Below are positions 13,801 through 26,103 of a stretch of DNA of 64,000 nt, piece after piece (position 1 is the stretch's first letter; the number at the start of each line of letters is the position of its first letter). Location: positions 21,824,001 through 21,888,000 of the forward strand of contig JBHGNT010000002.1 in the NCBI GenBank assembly GCA_043228905.1. Direction: 5' to 3'. This DNA comes from Azolla caroliniana (Eukaryota; Plantae; Polypodiophyta). The translations under genes and the position numbers were made by a program. The notes under the pieces were generated by a model that was given only the letters and a program-made list of their open reading frames with translations, did not search any database and had not been told where the DNA came from.

Positions 13801-16568
13801 GCTGCCAATGTGTGCATAAGATTATTCAATAGGCTACGTTACAACAAAATAAGGCACTGCATGTTGATAGCCATGAAATTATGCTCTGCAGCTCTTTAGA
13901 GTTAAGAAACTAAAGAAAAACCAGAAATAAGACATTGAAGTAAAATTTCCACTCGAGAGAGTAACAGGTAGAAATAATATTAGTGATGAAACGAAACAAA
14001 TAAATATATGCAATGTTTCAAGGACACAGAAATTTTGTTTTCATTGGCTACCAATGTGTGTGTAACGTTGTTCAACAGGCACGGTTACAATAAAAGAAGG
14101 CATCCCATGGTGAGATGATAACCACCACTTTGTACAGTAAAGAAGCAAAGTAAACAAAGGGATAAGATGTTAAAGTAAGAATTTCACACAACCACTATAT
14201 ATTCCACATAAATGTGATTACATGATTGTCAATGAATTCAGGGGACGAAATTTTAGCTCTGTACAACTAATATCCTATTTACATTGCAAACATGCAAATG
14301 ATAGACAGGTCATAAAAAGAACATCCCTCACTATGTACTAATCAATTGCATATCAATAATTTATAGGGGAGGTAAGCCAAATTCATATGGTACTACAAGT
14401 AAAAAACTTCCTTCAAATTTAATGGTGAAAAAACTCACTTGCTACATCTAAATGAAAGATGCTTCAAACCAGAGAATCAAATGCTTGCTTGTTCCATCAA
14501 AGTGGAAACAGTGAGAATCTGATGCTGACCTGCTTATTGTTGTACTGTGAAAAGTCATTGCTGCTTGAGGCTCTTCGCATGCCTTTGCTTTGGCAGTCCA
14601 CCACATTTATGGTTGAAAAGGGAGGGCGTACATTTCTTTCATCCTCGGATTCTGCACCCCATCTTCGACGTGGCTGTCTCTCATCTTCAGATTCAGCACC
14701 AAACTTCCGTAATGGTCGATGTGCTGACAAGCATTCCATGTCACTCTGTTGATCAACCATTATACAAACAAATGGCAAATTGATGAGAATCCAATTTGTT
14801 AGAACTCAGCGTGAAATATATGCTTTTGTTAGAATTAGAAGTACCCAAGCTCAATAATAAATTAACACAAACCAATAGAAACATTAAGTTAAAACAATAG
14901 AAAATGAGCCTGATGAAATGAGAGAAGACTAGCTAATGATAAAGATAGAAGATAGTTACACAAAGAAACTAATCGAAGGTCAGGAACATAGGAATTAAGA
15001 GGAGGACATCCAATATTATCGTAGGTAAGTTAAGATGATTCATTTGTTTGAACTGCAAATAAAGTTGCACAGAGAAATAAGAGACATACAGAGCTGGGCA
15101 TGTTAAATTAGGAAACCACCTTTTATAATACCAGATTCCTCCACAGAATAGCACATGTGAATGTTAAGACACAGGATGCTTAAAATTAGATGCTGAAAAC
15201 ACATCAGAAATGCTTCCACATTCACCAGATCTAATATTCTCATAAAATTTTACATATTTACCCAATGGCATCTCTCAGAGATTATGCCACTGGGTAAACA
15301 TGTAGAAATTCAAACTATCATTTTGAACATGCAGAAATTTACAATGCATTTTCCTTAGCTTTCAAGATTTTTATTTCCTAGCACTAGTCTTATAGAGATG
15401 CCATTGATAAACAGTACGTCTTTTGAGCGTGGACATGCTTTAGCATTTCAGCATCTCTTTTATGTACTAATAGCACTAGAAAATACAAGTCTTGAGGCAC
15501 AAAGTAGCAAACAAAATAGACCCTGGAAACACATAAGAGCACTTGTTTTCCTCAAGAATTTCTCAAAAATTAACGTTTTCTCTCTCTCAAGTTCACAAGT
15601 ATTATATGATTTTCAAAAACTGTTTGCATGCAAATTACACTTTGCTCAGATTTTTCTAAACACCACCAACAAGATCTTCTATAAGACTATCTTTTGGCAA
15701 CTGTGAGTCACACGATACATTAAACAGCCGCTGAAAACACGTCAGGAATGCCTTCTCATTCAAAAAGATCTATGAATTCACCTGAAATAGAACTAAGCTA
15801 AATGAGAATCTTGAGACACAATGTAGTACATAGATGCCAAAATTGTTTGAGAAATGTATTCATATTCAAACAGTTCTACAGTAATTGGCTTGAAATTAGA
15901 TATTTTTACCCCGGTTGGCATCTTGCAAAGACTAGTGCTGCTAACAATTGTGAGCCGAGAGACACATTGTAAAGGATATAAAGGAGATACTCAAAGCACA
16001 TCCCATGTGTCTTCATATTCAAAAAAAACTCAAATTTCTATATGCACGGCAAACAATATCTCATGTAATACTAGTAATATCAAAATCTTTCTTTTCTCAA
16101 TTTGCTTCTTTTAAACTTCACTCATCCACTTACGTACATATACATATACACTATATACACACACATACACCAACATGACGAATGAAATAGAAAGGGAAAT
16201 GGAAGTACCTCAGAATCACTAGGACAGACTGAGCGTGTCCCGCCTTTTATCCCTGATGAATTTCTGTAGTTGCGGGAAGTTGAAGCCGAGCGGAAGGCTG
16301 TGGTGGAAGAGCAGTCGGAGAGGTATTTGGCAGTGGAGAAATCAGACATACTGGTGGATCTTCGATGGAAGGAATTGGAGGAGGCGGAAGGCTTTCCCCC
16401 ATAATGACCTCTGTTGATGCTAGGGCTTGGTGATGGATCTCTCCTGGACCTCCTCCCATCGCCATGAGTTGGAGTTGAAGGGACAACAAGAAGGCCTCCG
16501 CCGCTCACTTCAGCTTTGCCGGCGCAATCGCTCCTGCGTGTGGTTGAGCGAAAGGCAGAGGTAGCCAT
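7844..16568 (-). CDS. Conserved plant protein of unknown function with coiled-coil region (MATSAFRSTTRR N-terminus; resembles Arabidopsis At5g50350-type family)
   Basis: Eight exons with phase-0 GT-AG junctions: 16568-16209, 14745-14530, 12733-12635, 12547-12437, 11844-11719, 9783-9619, 9525-9208, 8248-7844, all multiples of 3. Motifs EEKTIRAVFAQMK, AVEERRCLELSKIVKELLP, DGVVLPWLQWE, C-terminal GELLLC. Family identity is from recall. Confidence 0.85.
12860..14190. repeat. Degenerate ~240-bp tandem repeat array (about 6 copies) in intron 2
   Basis: Anchor ACAGAAATATGGTTTCCAAGAGCT..AATGTGTGCACAAGATTATTCAAAAGGCTAAGTT recurs near 12890, 13137, 13371, (13585 partial), 13790 and 14030. GTAAGAATTTCACT.GAGAGAGTAACAGGTAG also recurs. 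Confidence 0.85.
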
Positions 16569-16797
16569 GGATACTAGAAACAACAAAAACCAAACGAAGG
16601 AGAAGGGTAAAGCAGGTCGCCTCTCTTTTCCTTACCCTACCCTTCTTTCACCTTTTCCTTTTCCTTTTTCACCTTTTCATTCTCCTGCAAGCAGGACAGA
16701 TGAAGGAAAAGGAGAAGTGCAGAAGATTTCCTTGAGGAAGAGAGAGGTTAAAGAAGAAATGAAGGCGACAACAGGAAGGAAGGGAAAAAAGGAGCAG

Positions 16798-17250
16798 ACC
16801 CTAATTAGGGTTTATTTGTGGTCTGCTGTTGTTCCTTGAATCTGACGAAGAAGAAGAAGAAGAAGAAGAAGAAGGAAGGAGGAGAAGAGAGATCAACAAT
16901 TTAAATTTTGTCTTCTTCTTTGTTTCTTTTTCTTTTTCTTTTTTCTTTTTTTATGTATTTGTTTTAAAAAAGAAAAAAAGAGAAATAATTTATGTTTGCT
17001 TTCCTTTACATATTAATCTATAAGTATTTTAATTTGGGGGGGTAAAAAAACTTATAAGATAAAAATGGGTCGAATCGAGAGATGCCACCATTCTCCGGCT
17101 TCGATCCATGATACCGACACACTCTAAACCCACATGTACAACCAGGGCAGGGCAATGCAGGGCAGGGCAGGGCAGGGCATGGCAGGGTAGGGAAGGCAGG
17201 ATAGGGCAAGGCAAGGCATGGCAGGGCAAGGCAGGGTTGGGTGGGCCCGC
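16798..17250 (-). promoter_or_regulatory. Putative promoter/5' region of the minus-strand gene: telo-box, CT-rich (TTC)n tract, site-II-like TGGGCC
   Basis: AAACCCTAA on the minus strand at 16805-16813, overlapping palindrome ACCCTAATTAGGGT; (GAA)n ~16846-16873; TGGGCCC at ~17242. Confidence 0.4.
17144..17237. repeat. (GGCAG)n pentamer minisatellite, G-quadruplex-prone
   Basis: Degenerate AGGGC/AAGGC pentamers, including GGGCAGGGCAGGGCAGGG. Confidence 0.8.
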
Positions 17251-17455
17251 CCACTTGCTTCTTAATGCCGGAGAAGATAGCCCCAAGGCATCCACCATCG
17301 ACCGATCCATACAACTCTTGGTCGGCTCTAATGGGCTTGTGTGACCCCCGACTCTTGTTGCAAGTTGACGGATCAGACAATCGATCAATCCGAAGAAAGA
17401 AAGCAAAGAAGGCTAAATCCATAAAAGAAAAGAAAATAACAAGAGCGTAAATGTA

Positions 17456-17461
17456 CCCCCC

Positions 17462-17492
<31 letters not shown>

Positions 17493-17495
17493 ACA
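17456..17495. repeat. Poly-C (~23) fused to (CA)n
   Basis: Directly visible. Confidence 0.9.
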
Positions 17496-19382
17496 TTTAT
17501 CGACACTCAATGTGAGTCTAGCTCTCGAAATCTATACCGCGAGTGGTCTTGTCCATCCTAGTTTGATTATAATGTGGTGTACAACTCCCTTCTCTCATAG
17601 CTTTACCCGAATGGGTTAGCCCTTTTTACCCGACTTAGAAAGTTTGATTGTAATCGGTCTCCCATGGATCTTAAAAGGATATCACTCTACCTATCTAGCA
17701 CATTCATCCACACTACAATATTATTGATATACGAGGCAATGTACATTACACAATGTTATGCACATATAATGTCGTGCAATCATAGAAGGGATAATAAGAT
17801 CTTTAGCTATCTACCTCATCCATTCACTCGCTTATAACACTATACTTTGAGACATGAGGCAATGTGTGTCATGTTGTGTTTATGAATGTGTAATGTCATG
17901 TGAGTATAAAAGAGATTGCTACACTGCAAGACACTTCTTCTCCTTGTTATTTTGCATCTCACTCCTAGCCTTTTTAACTCTACAAGCATTTTGATATGTC
18001 TTGCAATAGGTATGGGACATAAAGGGAATTCTCATAAAATGCCTTCGTTTTGAGTGGATATAGTCCACATTTCTAGTGCACGTTAATTGATACATGTTCC
18101 TCATACAATTACCTTTATATTTGTAGAGATGTCCCTTGTACTAGCTAGGGTTGTTTACAATTTCTTAAATAAAAAAAATTCACCTCTTCCAACAATATGA
18201 ATTATTTGTTTTTCTGGATTTTAATATACTAGAGTTACTTGCCATTGAATCCTTCGTCTTATCTATACTTGCATGGTGGATATGGAGTTTATAAGAAAAA
18301 TACATCCACAAGTGGAATATTTATACGTAAAAAGAATATTACGAATGTTTGTGTAATATCGCTTTACAAATATGTAAATTCCTTTCTACCTCAAAACTAT
18401 TCTTCCTATGTTCCACCAAAGCGTGATGATTGAGATGTTCTAAGGGAAGCTAATAAAATATTTGATCTTTTGGTTGGGAATAGCTTGGTCAACATAAATA
18501 CTTCCAACTACTAATTGAGTTCATTTTCCATTAGCACGATGTGGTTGGGGGCCGGGGGAAATGGAAATATAGAATTTGTGAAGTGTCTAAAAGTTTTTGT
18601 TTTTTTTTAGTCATAAACACGTGAAGGCAACAAACAGTTTCCACTGTTGGAGAAGGAGCAAGACAAATACACATGTCATGGTAAAATCATGACCGAGTGT
18701 ATACAGAAATATTGTACATTGGTCCATGTGCCGAATATTAAATTCTCTTTCATGTAGCACTTGCTTCTTACACTCTTCTCGCGTTTAAACAAGATTGGAT
18801 GTGGTCACTTTGCACTATGTGCCCTTGCTATGAGTGTATTATAATATATAGCTCATGAAGTCGATTATGGTTGTATATACTTCCATTCTCTTTTGGGCAG
18901 GCATTCAACTATCCACAATCTCTCCATGTGTGATTTGTACTCATACCTAGGGTTTATTGGTATATTGGTGTTACTTACCTTTGTTGTTTTGCATTCCTAC
19001 CCTCAAAACTCATCACCAAAATTCCAAGGTATGAGTATGTTGACCTCTCTCTTGGTATGGGATGTATGGGGGCTTTCGTCAACTACAACAAGCCTCAACT
19101 TGGGGAATAAAAATTGTGTTGCCTTTTGTTCTCCCTTATTAATTGCTTATTAGTTAGTTAACTATCCTTGTACCATTACTCTCTCTATTTGTGGTATGGT
19201 ACCCTTTGACATGCCTCTTTGGGCACTGCTACAACTAGCTTTTATTATATCGCGGATGTATGTCAATATATCTTTGCATAGGTACGCCATTAGCATTGGA
19301 TATTTCTATAGGCTAAGCATATTACAAAAGTTCTAGTAATGGTGATGGAACTAACTTTCTCTCAACATGGCTTAAAATACAG

Positions 19383-19494
19383 TTACCATGCTCCCAAAAA
19401 GTGATAATTGATTTGTTTTAAAGGAAGTTATAAAATAAATTTACCATGTTCCCAAAAAGTGATAATTGATTTGTTTTAAAGGAAGTTATAAAAT
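19383..19494. repeat. 58-bp direct tandem duplication
   Basis: TTACCATG(C/T)TCCCAAAAAGTGATAATTGATTTGTTTTAAAGGAAGTTATAAAAT at 19383 and 19441. Confidence 0.9.
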
Positions 19495-20901
19495 GCATCG
19501 ATATTCTAGGTTGGTGAAACTAATAAACCAACACTTATAGTTCCTATGTAAGTTGCTTTCTAGTACGATTGGGTGTAGGTGTGGATGTGAGTGTTTCTGT
19601 TATAGAAATGGATGTCAAATGAATGTTTGTTTGCATGCTCTTTCAGCCTTCTCCAACATTTGGTTTTAAGTTCTTCATGTGTCCATTCTTAGGGCCATAT
19701 AGTAACAAACCATCTGTGACATTCTTAGGCTTTATGTCATCTATATGTGACACTTTACTACATTACATTCTCTATGTTTCTCAATTGCCCTACTTCTATA
19801 AGGAGTCTTTCATGTATCCATGGATCATAACATCGAAGTTGAGATGTCAGGCAAATACTTAACGAAGGATCACGATGTCTTGTGACGTTGATAGAAATCA
19901 TACAATGTATGTATATTTGTTGTCCACGCAAAAAAAAGTGCATACACAATGCACACACGTATATTAGCATACAATTTTGGAGTATTATGTATTTATTTAT
20001 AAGTACAGGTAATAAACAATAAACATTCTACAGTTTGGCAAAGCCATGATGCGTATTTTGGACATATCAATAATAAATGTATATGTTGTCGATCACTCCT
20101 CATAATCGGGTGGCTCAACCAATTTTTGCGGGCTTATAAATCCAATGAATCTCTTATCCACCGAACAAGACGTCCCTTTTCTTTGAGTCTCCCATGTTTG
20201 TAGGTTTGGAAATTGATGTCATGTTTTCTAATAACTCTATTTCCACCAAATATGGCATCCCCTTTATTCTTCCTTCCAATTATTAGCGCCTAAAAAGCAA
20301 ATATCTCCAATTTTTCATTGATTAAAATATAATGTTAATGAATCCAAGATAAATCGGAGAATGATGTCTAAGTGACAAAGTTCACATTTTACAAATTCTA
20401 TTTGATTATCTAAAGAAGAATGAAATAACGATTACCTAAGATTATGTTCCTCATTCGCAATACCTCACCTAAACACAACATTTACACCCAAACATGACAA
20501 ATAGTTGAATTCGCAATGGTTAAATTGGCTTGACTTGAATTTAGCCAAATTTGTTTGTATTATTAAGTTTTCAAAAAAAATAAAATTATTATGGATCCAT
20601 TCCATTAAATTTCATAAGGTAAATTCATAAGTTTTTTATTTCAAATATAAGCAATACTAAATAGCCTCTATGTGAGTCAAGCTTACCATACACACAATTG
20701 TCTAAAGAGATGGAATGTGGAAATAATACTTGAGCTACCCACCAATGATATATGCTTAAGATAAACATTGTACAGTGATTGACATGTGCGCCACCAACTT
20801 AATGTAAGACAACGACGATCTAAAGTTACAATGCATAATCATGATAACTTGTCTATGATACGTTTCAAGGAAAGCTTGGTCAAAAAAATCATCAGAGTGC
20901 G

Positions 20902-22216
20902 AATATCATTTTCAGCAAATGTCAAAAGTGGATCAGCTTAAGCAATTACACTCGGTATATGGTGCAAAGACAATGACAATCGATATTTCAGCGGCTTTCT
21001 CTCGTGCCTCAATGCAACTTCAAGCAACGCAAGAGCATATTTGGTTTGCCTTACAAATGGCATGATGCTTTTTGTTAAAGGAATTTCTGCAAACAGATGT
21101 ATTTTTTATTTTCATATTCAAGAAGACAATAAATTGTAGCCTTATATACCCTCAGATAATTCACTACAGAACTTGTCCGCTATTCCAATTAGGGTGATGG
21201 CCAAATCTGGTAAGAAATGGCTACTGGAATCACAACCGTCAGTAGCTCATTTGTGGGATATGCTCTAGTTATATGCACGACAATCAATTGGTAGGCTAAT
21301 GCGGGATCCAGGGGGATGATTATGAACCAATCCCAAGATGGATCCATTACATAAAGTTCCATTCTTTCAGTACACTGTGAAATTTGGCAGAACATTGCTT
21401 ATGTCTAGGAATACTCCATCTCCTACAACTCGAAAGCATTGGAATAAGTGGGGTGTTTCAAACTTGCATTTGAAGGCTTATTGGAGATGGACTTGGTCTT
21501 TTCGGGTACCAACTAAATATACTCTCTTCAGATGGCTTTTACTACATGCAATACTACCAATAGGTTAGTCACTAAAAGGAGATGTGGCAACAATTCCTAG
21601 ACAATGTTGTGATTGCGGCGGACATGCAAGAAACTACCAAGCATGCTCTCTAGTATTTCTCACTAGCCCATCAAGTACGGAATAATGTTCTTTTTTTTAT
21701 TCCTGACAATTAATGCATGTTGGCTATTCTCACGAGGATTAGCGGTATGGGGGGTTCTCAATCCCAATCTCTTGTTGTATGAGGTAGATGATGCTCCAAA
21801 GGCTATGACAGTCATCACAGGCATCTAATTTTTGTCTCCCCCTTTCAACAACCTCGCAAGCAAGTACGTGCAAGCCATGTATGGAAAACAATATCAACGG
21901 TCACATTATGGATCTTATGGAAGTATTGTCGTAAAATACGATATGATTACATAACTCCTCTTCTCTCAGATATACTGTCGGAACATGGGAGAGCTTATTG
22001 GCGATGGTGCATGGGCAATATGACACTAAGGCTCTTCGGAGGTTGTTCTTAAGAAAAGGCAAAAATTACTACATCAAGGACCGATCTGGAAATACCATCA
22101 CCCTTGGTCCTTGCCCTGGCCATCTCTTTTGTACATAGCATTTTCTGATTGTACATTTTGTAGCCTTCCAATGCTTTTCTTAATACTAATGAAGGACACC
22201 TTTGGGAGAAAAAAAA
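20902..22216 (+). mobile_element. 5'-truncated L1-type LINE with poly(A) and target-site duplication
   Basis: zf-RVT-like relic (WRWTWSFRVPTKYTLFRWLLLHAILPIG, then degenerate CxxC and TLWILWK). Ends in A8 at ~22209-22216. CATCAGAGTGCG flanks both sides (20890-20901, 22217-22228). Confidence 0.75.
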
Positions 22217-22837
22217 CATCAGAGTGCGTAATATCTAACCAATAATGTAATAGTGCAACCTAACCAAGACATGGACTTATCATGCTATATAAGATTGCAA
22301 TTGAGGAGGTGGATCTTAATTTAGTCTTTGGGTGATCTAACTAACTTTAAATATCAAAATGGGACCAATTCTAAGGTTTTATTCTTACACCCTAATCTTA
22401 TTCTTAATGATCAGGCACAAACCTTATGTACCTCTAAAACCCTTGAAATTGAATATTAGTTAAGGTTATAGGGCCAATTATTCCTCTTCGACTAATTGGT
22501 AACTTTCTTACATTCTCAATGAGATAACATCACAAAGACTGATAAAGATGTTGGCATGACAAAGACCATATAGGTTCATTTAAGAATATGTTAAACCATG
22601 TATTGCTCAATCTTGCGTGGAGTGTTTGATGTAACTCCAAAAGAATTATAAGAGCAAATTTTTGTCATATGGTTGGATGGTTGCTATGGAAAAATGATTC
22701 GAAGGGCAAGGTATGGAAGACTTCTTTGAGCTTTAAAGTGATGTTATGCAATATGTTGTCGTTGATGATGGAAGACTAATAGAAAGTAGAAGGATGAGAT
22801 GTCAATATGCTAAAAAGTCCAAATTGGAATCCTACAT

Positions 22838-23403
22838 TGTAAACATAAACCTCGTAATAATGTAAGAATGTGTATTGATCGTATTTAGGCATATCTTATG
22901 ACCAAAACGAATCTTAACTCTTGTAGAGTTCTTGCACTACTTCACACTTGATCCCACAATGTTATGGGCATGACCATATAATATCATGTGGTAAGATTGT
23001 ACCGTAGTATTCTATACACTGGATAAAGTGTGAGGGTTAAACGAGAGTGTAAAGAAGGGAAGGATTACTTTTAATCCTTGGAATTGAGACAACCCATTAA
23101 GGCCAAATATGAACTTGCCTAGGGGCCTTAGGTCTGGCTATAAATATGAGGCGTAGCTACCCTCATTTGGCACATTATCGACTACGTTGAGACTCTGTCC
23201 TTGTGGTGGATTAACTCTCGTAGCGAGTGTGCCAATACCAGGTACGACTCAACGCCACGACGGTGGTATGGGATGTCGATTGAGGCTCGAGTCCGTCTTG
23301 ATCCCTTCGCTCGGGGTGGTCAAGTGGATCAACACCCTTCTTTCTCTCTCTCCTTTCTTTTATATCTAGTATATATCTGTATTATCCTTATCATATGCTT
23401 ACA
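22838..23403 (+). mobile_element. Solo-LTR-like sequence
   Basis: Termini TGTAAACATA...TATGCTTACA (9/10 inverted match), CTATAAATATGAGG TATA box near 23138, GC-richer R-like core. No TSD found. Confidence 0.5.
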
Positions 23404-24779
23404 TTAGTAGCTAGCTCTAACACACAAACTCAATATCAAAGTCATATTATGGCATCAAAATACATCAAGTATAATGCCATAGAAGGAATGTAATGACTTA
23501 GTTGATGACGAATATCACTAGCTTTATACACGTTCTAATGTGATTTAGAAGACATTTGATAACATATTAACAAATGGATTTAGGTGCCATAAAACTTCTA
23601 GAAGTTTGAGGTTGTATGTTAGTAAACTATTTTAGTCATATACACTTATTGCTCCAATGCATGAACAACACTTATTCGAAAGGAGACACACATCAAGAAA
23701 ACTCATCTATTGATATCCCACGGGTCAAGATTGGCCTCTTTGTGGATGTTGAAATTTTCTATTTCTCTTCCTCCTCTCCAACCCCTTATTCACCTTCGAA
23801 CCAACACTCGTACTCCTAAAATATTTATAGAACATGTTTCTATGCTCCCAAGTGTTTTGGGAGCATTGTTGTCTACAACTAATATTGTGGGATTGACCAC
23901 ATATCTATATTTATCTATTGCATAACTCAATCATATACATATAAATATTATCATTTACCACTAGGGGTATGTATATTCCATGTCTTCCAAAATTATGCAT
24001 ACCAATTTCATTTGTTTAGGCTTCATGGTTACAATGGTTAGTTGATTTTAGGGAGAGAATAGTTTCAATGTGCCTTAAGTTTAACGTGGATCTTGAATAA
24101 TTTTTTTGGTATGGGTATATATGTAAGGGAATTGTCTTTTTGTGATATCAATCTTGCTTCGTCGAAAGATGATCCATTATTGTTGTCATTGTTTATCACT
24201 TGGTCTTGGAGAACAATCCCCCTAGGCAAGGTAGCTATGAAAATTTTCGTACACAAGCATTACCGTTGCAGATAAATTGCTCTTATGTTGACGATGAAGG
24301 TAACCACCAGCTATGACATTTTCCAATTTTCATGCATTGACGAGAGTTGAGATTTTAATATCTGGTGATCCAGTATGTTTCTATCATACATTGCGTTATT
24401 CTTTATGTGTTTTCTATATGAGACATACATACACACATATAATATGTTTACATAATCTCTCTCTCTCTCACACACACACACACATGCGCACACATGTGTG
24501 TGTATGTTACTTATGTACCATAAGGAGGTTGAAAATTGAGGCCCCTCTTAAAATTAAAGAAAAAGAAAAGAGAATTTCGTCATGGTTTTATTGACCTTGG
24601 AATGTGCGACGTAATTCATCTAATGAATTGTGCAAAGACAAACATATATTGGACAAGTTTTAACATGTGATATTCCTCTTTTTCTTTCACAATATGAATT
24701 CAAAAACTTGAAGCTACCATAGTGCTGAAGTATACATTAAAATGTGTGATGCCTATAAACCATCGTTGATTAATTAATT

Positions 24780-25370
24780 AATGTTGAACAACTAAGCATG
24801 CACACAATGAGTGTGAGAGAACTTCATGCAAGGATTGGGTTTGGTCGAAGATGTGTGGAATGCATAATCGACCGTGATCAAAGGCGGCGAGGATTGTATG
24901 AAGGTATGAAAAACACAAGGGTGTACACTAGTCTCCTACATTGTGCCGCAATGTCATACCCCACACCGAAGGGAGTGTGAATTAAGTCAAGTCGTGTGGA
25001 ATCAAGAATGTCTCGAATGGCAAACGATGAAGAATCGTTGCATGTAATCAACATCTAAAAGAGATTGTTTCGAGAGAAAGAAAGAAAGAAATATTAACGT
25101 CTTCTAAGATCAAAATTAGCCTAGGAGACATGTGAGAATAACAAAAACTCAAAATTAGCCTAGGGGCATTTCGGGGAATAAAGGAAAACCCTACTGCTCT
25201 CTGTATATTTTTGTATGTCTCTGTCATCTCATACATTGTGCTACAATGCCCCGTCTCACACATCAATGGGAGTGTGAACTAAGTAAAATCGCGTGAAAGC
25301 AAGAATGGTTCAGATGGCAGATGGACGAAGAATGGCTGCCCGTAACGTCTAAAAGAGCTCTAAGTGTTTT
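24780..25370 (-). mobile_element. Two degenerate relics of the RTEX-like LINE C-terminus/3' end
   Basis: Sequence similar to 49560-49810 (TTCATGCAAGGATTGGG..GATGTGTGGA..GATCAAAGGC; CETGH motif on the minus strand at ~25245-25262). Confidence 0.6.
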
Positions 25371-25975
25371 GAGAGATTCTTTTGGGAAAGAAAAGAAAGA
25401 CATATTAACATATTTTAAGAGGCCAAAAATGGCATATAAGACCAAAGTTCCATAGTATGAACCATACGTACCATACATGCATTTGCGTAAGAAAAACACC
25501 CTCAAAGAATGATAAATACCATACTTTTGGATTAACTATTTATTATGAGGTAAATAAGCCTAAAAAATGGAAAAAAAAACATTAAAAAAAGGGAAAAAAC
25601 AAAAAAAAAACACAAGAATGTTTGAATAACATTCGCATTCGTTTTCCAACGTAGGAAAACGAATGTTATGGTAGGCAAACGCGAATGTTACGTACTATGG
25701 ACCAAACAACAGAATATGTCTTAAGAGAGAAAGAAAGAAAGAAATGTATTAACGTCTTCTAAGACCAAATTTAACCCACGAGACATGTAAGAGGGAATTG
25801 AATAACAAAAACTCAGAATCGGGGGCAGGGGCATCTCAAGGAATAAAGGAAAACCCAACTTGCTCTCTCTCGAGTCTCTATGTATCTCTCGAGAAATTGA
25901 ACAGAAATTCAGAATTGGGGGGCAGGGGCATCTGGAAGAATAAAGGAAAACTCGACTGTTCTCTCTGTCTCTGTC
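25072..25975. repeat. Duplicated module upstream of PPR gene 1, part of a dispersed short repeat family
   Basis: GAGAGAAAGAAAGAAAGAAAT..TTAACGTCTTCTAAGA.CAAA at 25072 and 25724. AATAACAAAAACTCA..GGGGCAT..GAATAAAGGAAAAC occurs three times (~25136, 25801, 25896). Confidence 0.75.
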
Positions 25976-26103
25976 TGTCTCTGTAACTCTGTCTCTGTAG
26001 TGCCCCCTCCTTCCCTGCACCCACAGACAGGTTCGGGATCTCAGGTACAGATTCACAGGGAAGGAGCTCTAAGGTCCCTCCATGGTCTCCCGTTCCACCA
26101 GGT

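Noticed and set aside
17018-17506. ORFs with PCPAL/GQGRA repeats
   Set aside because: Translation artefacts of the pentamer repeat and poly-C.
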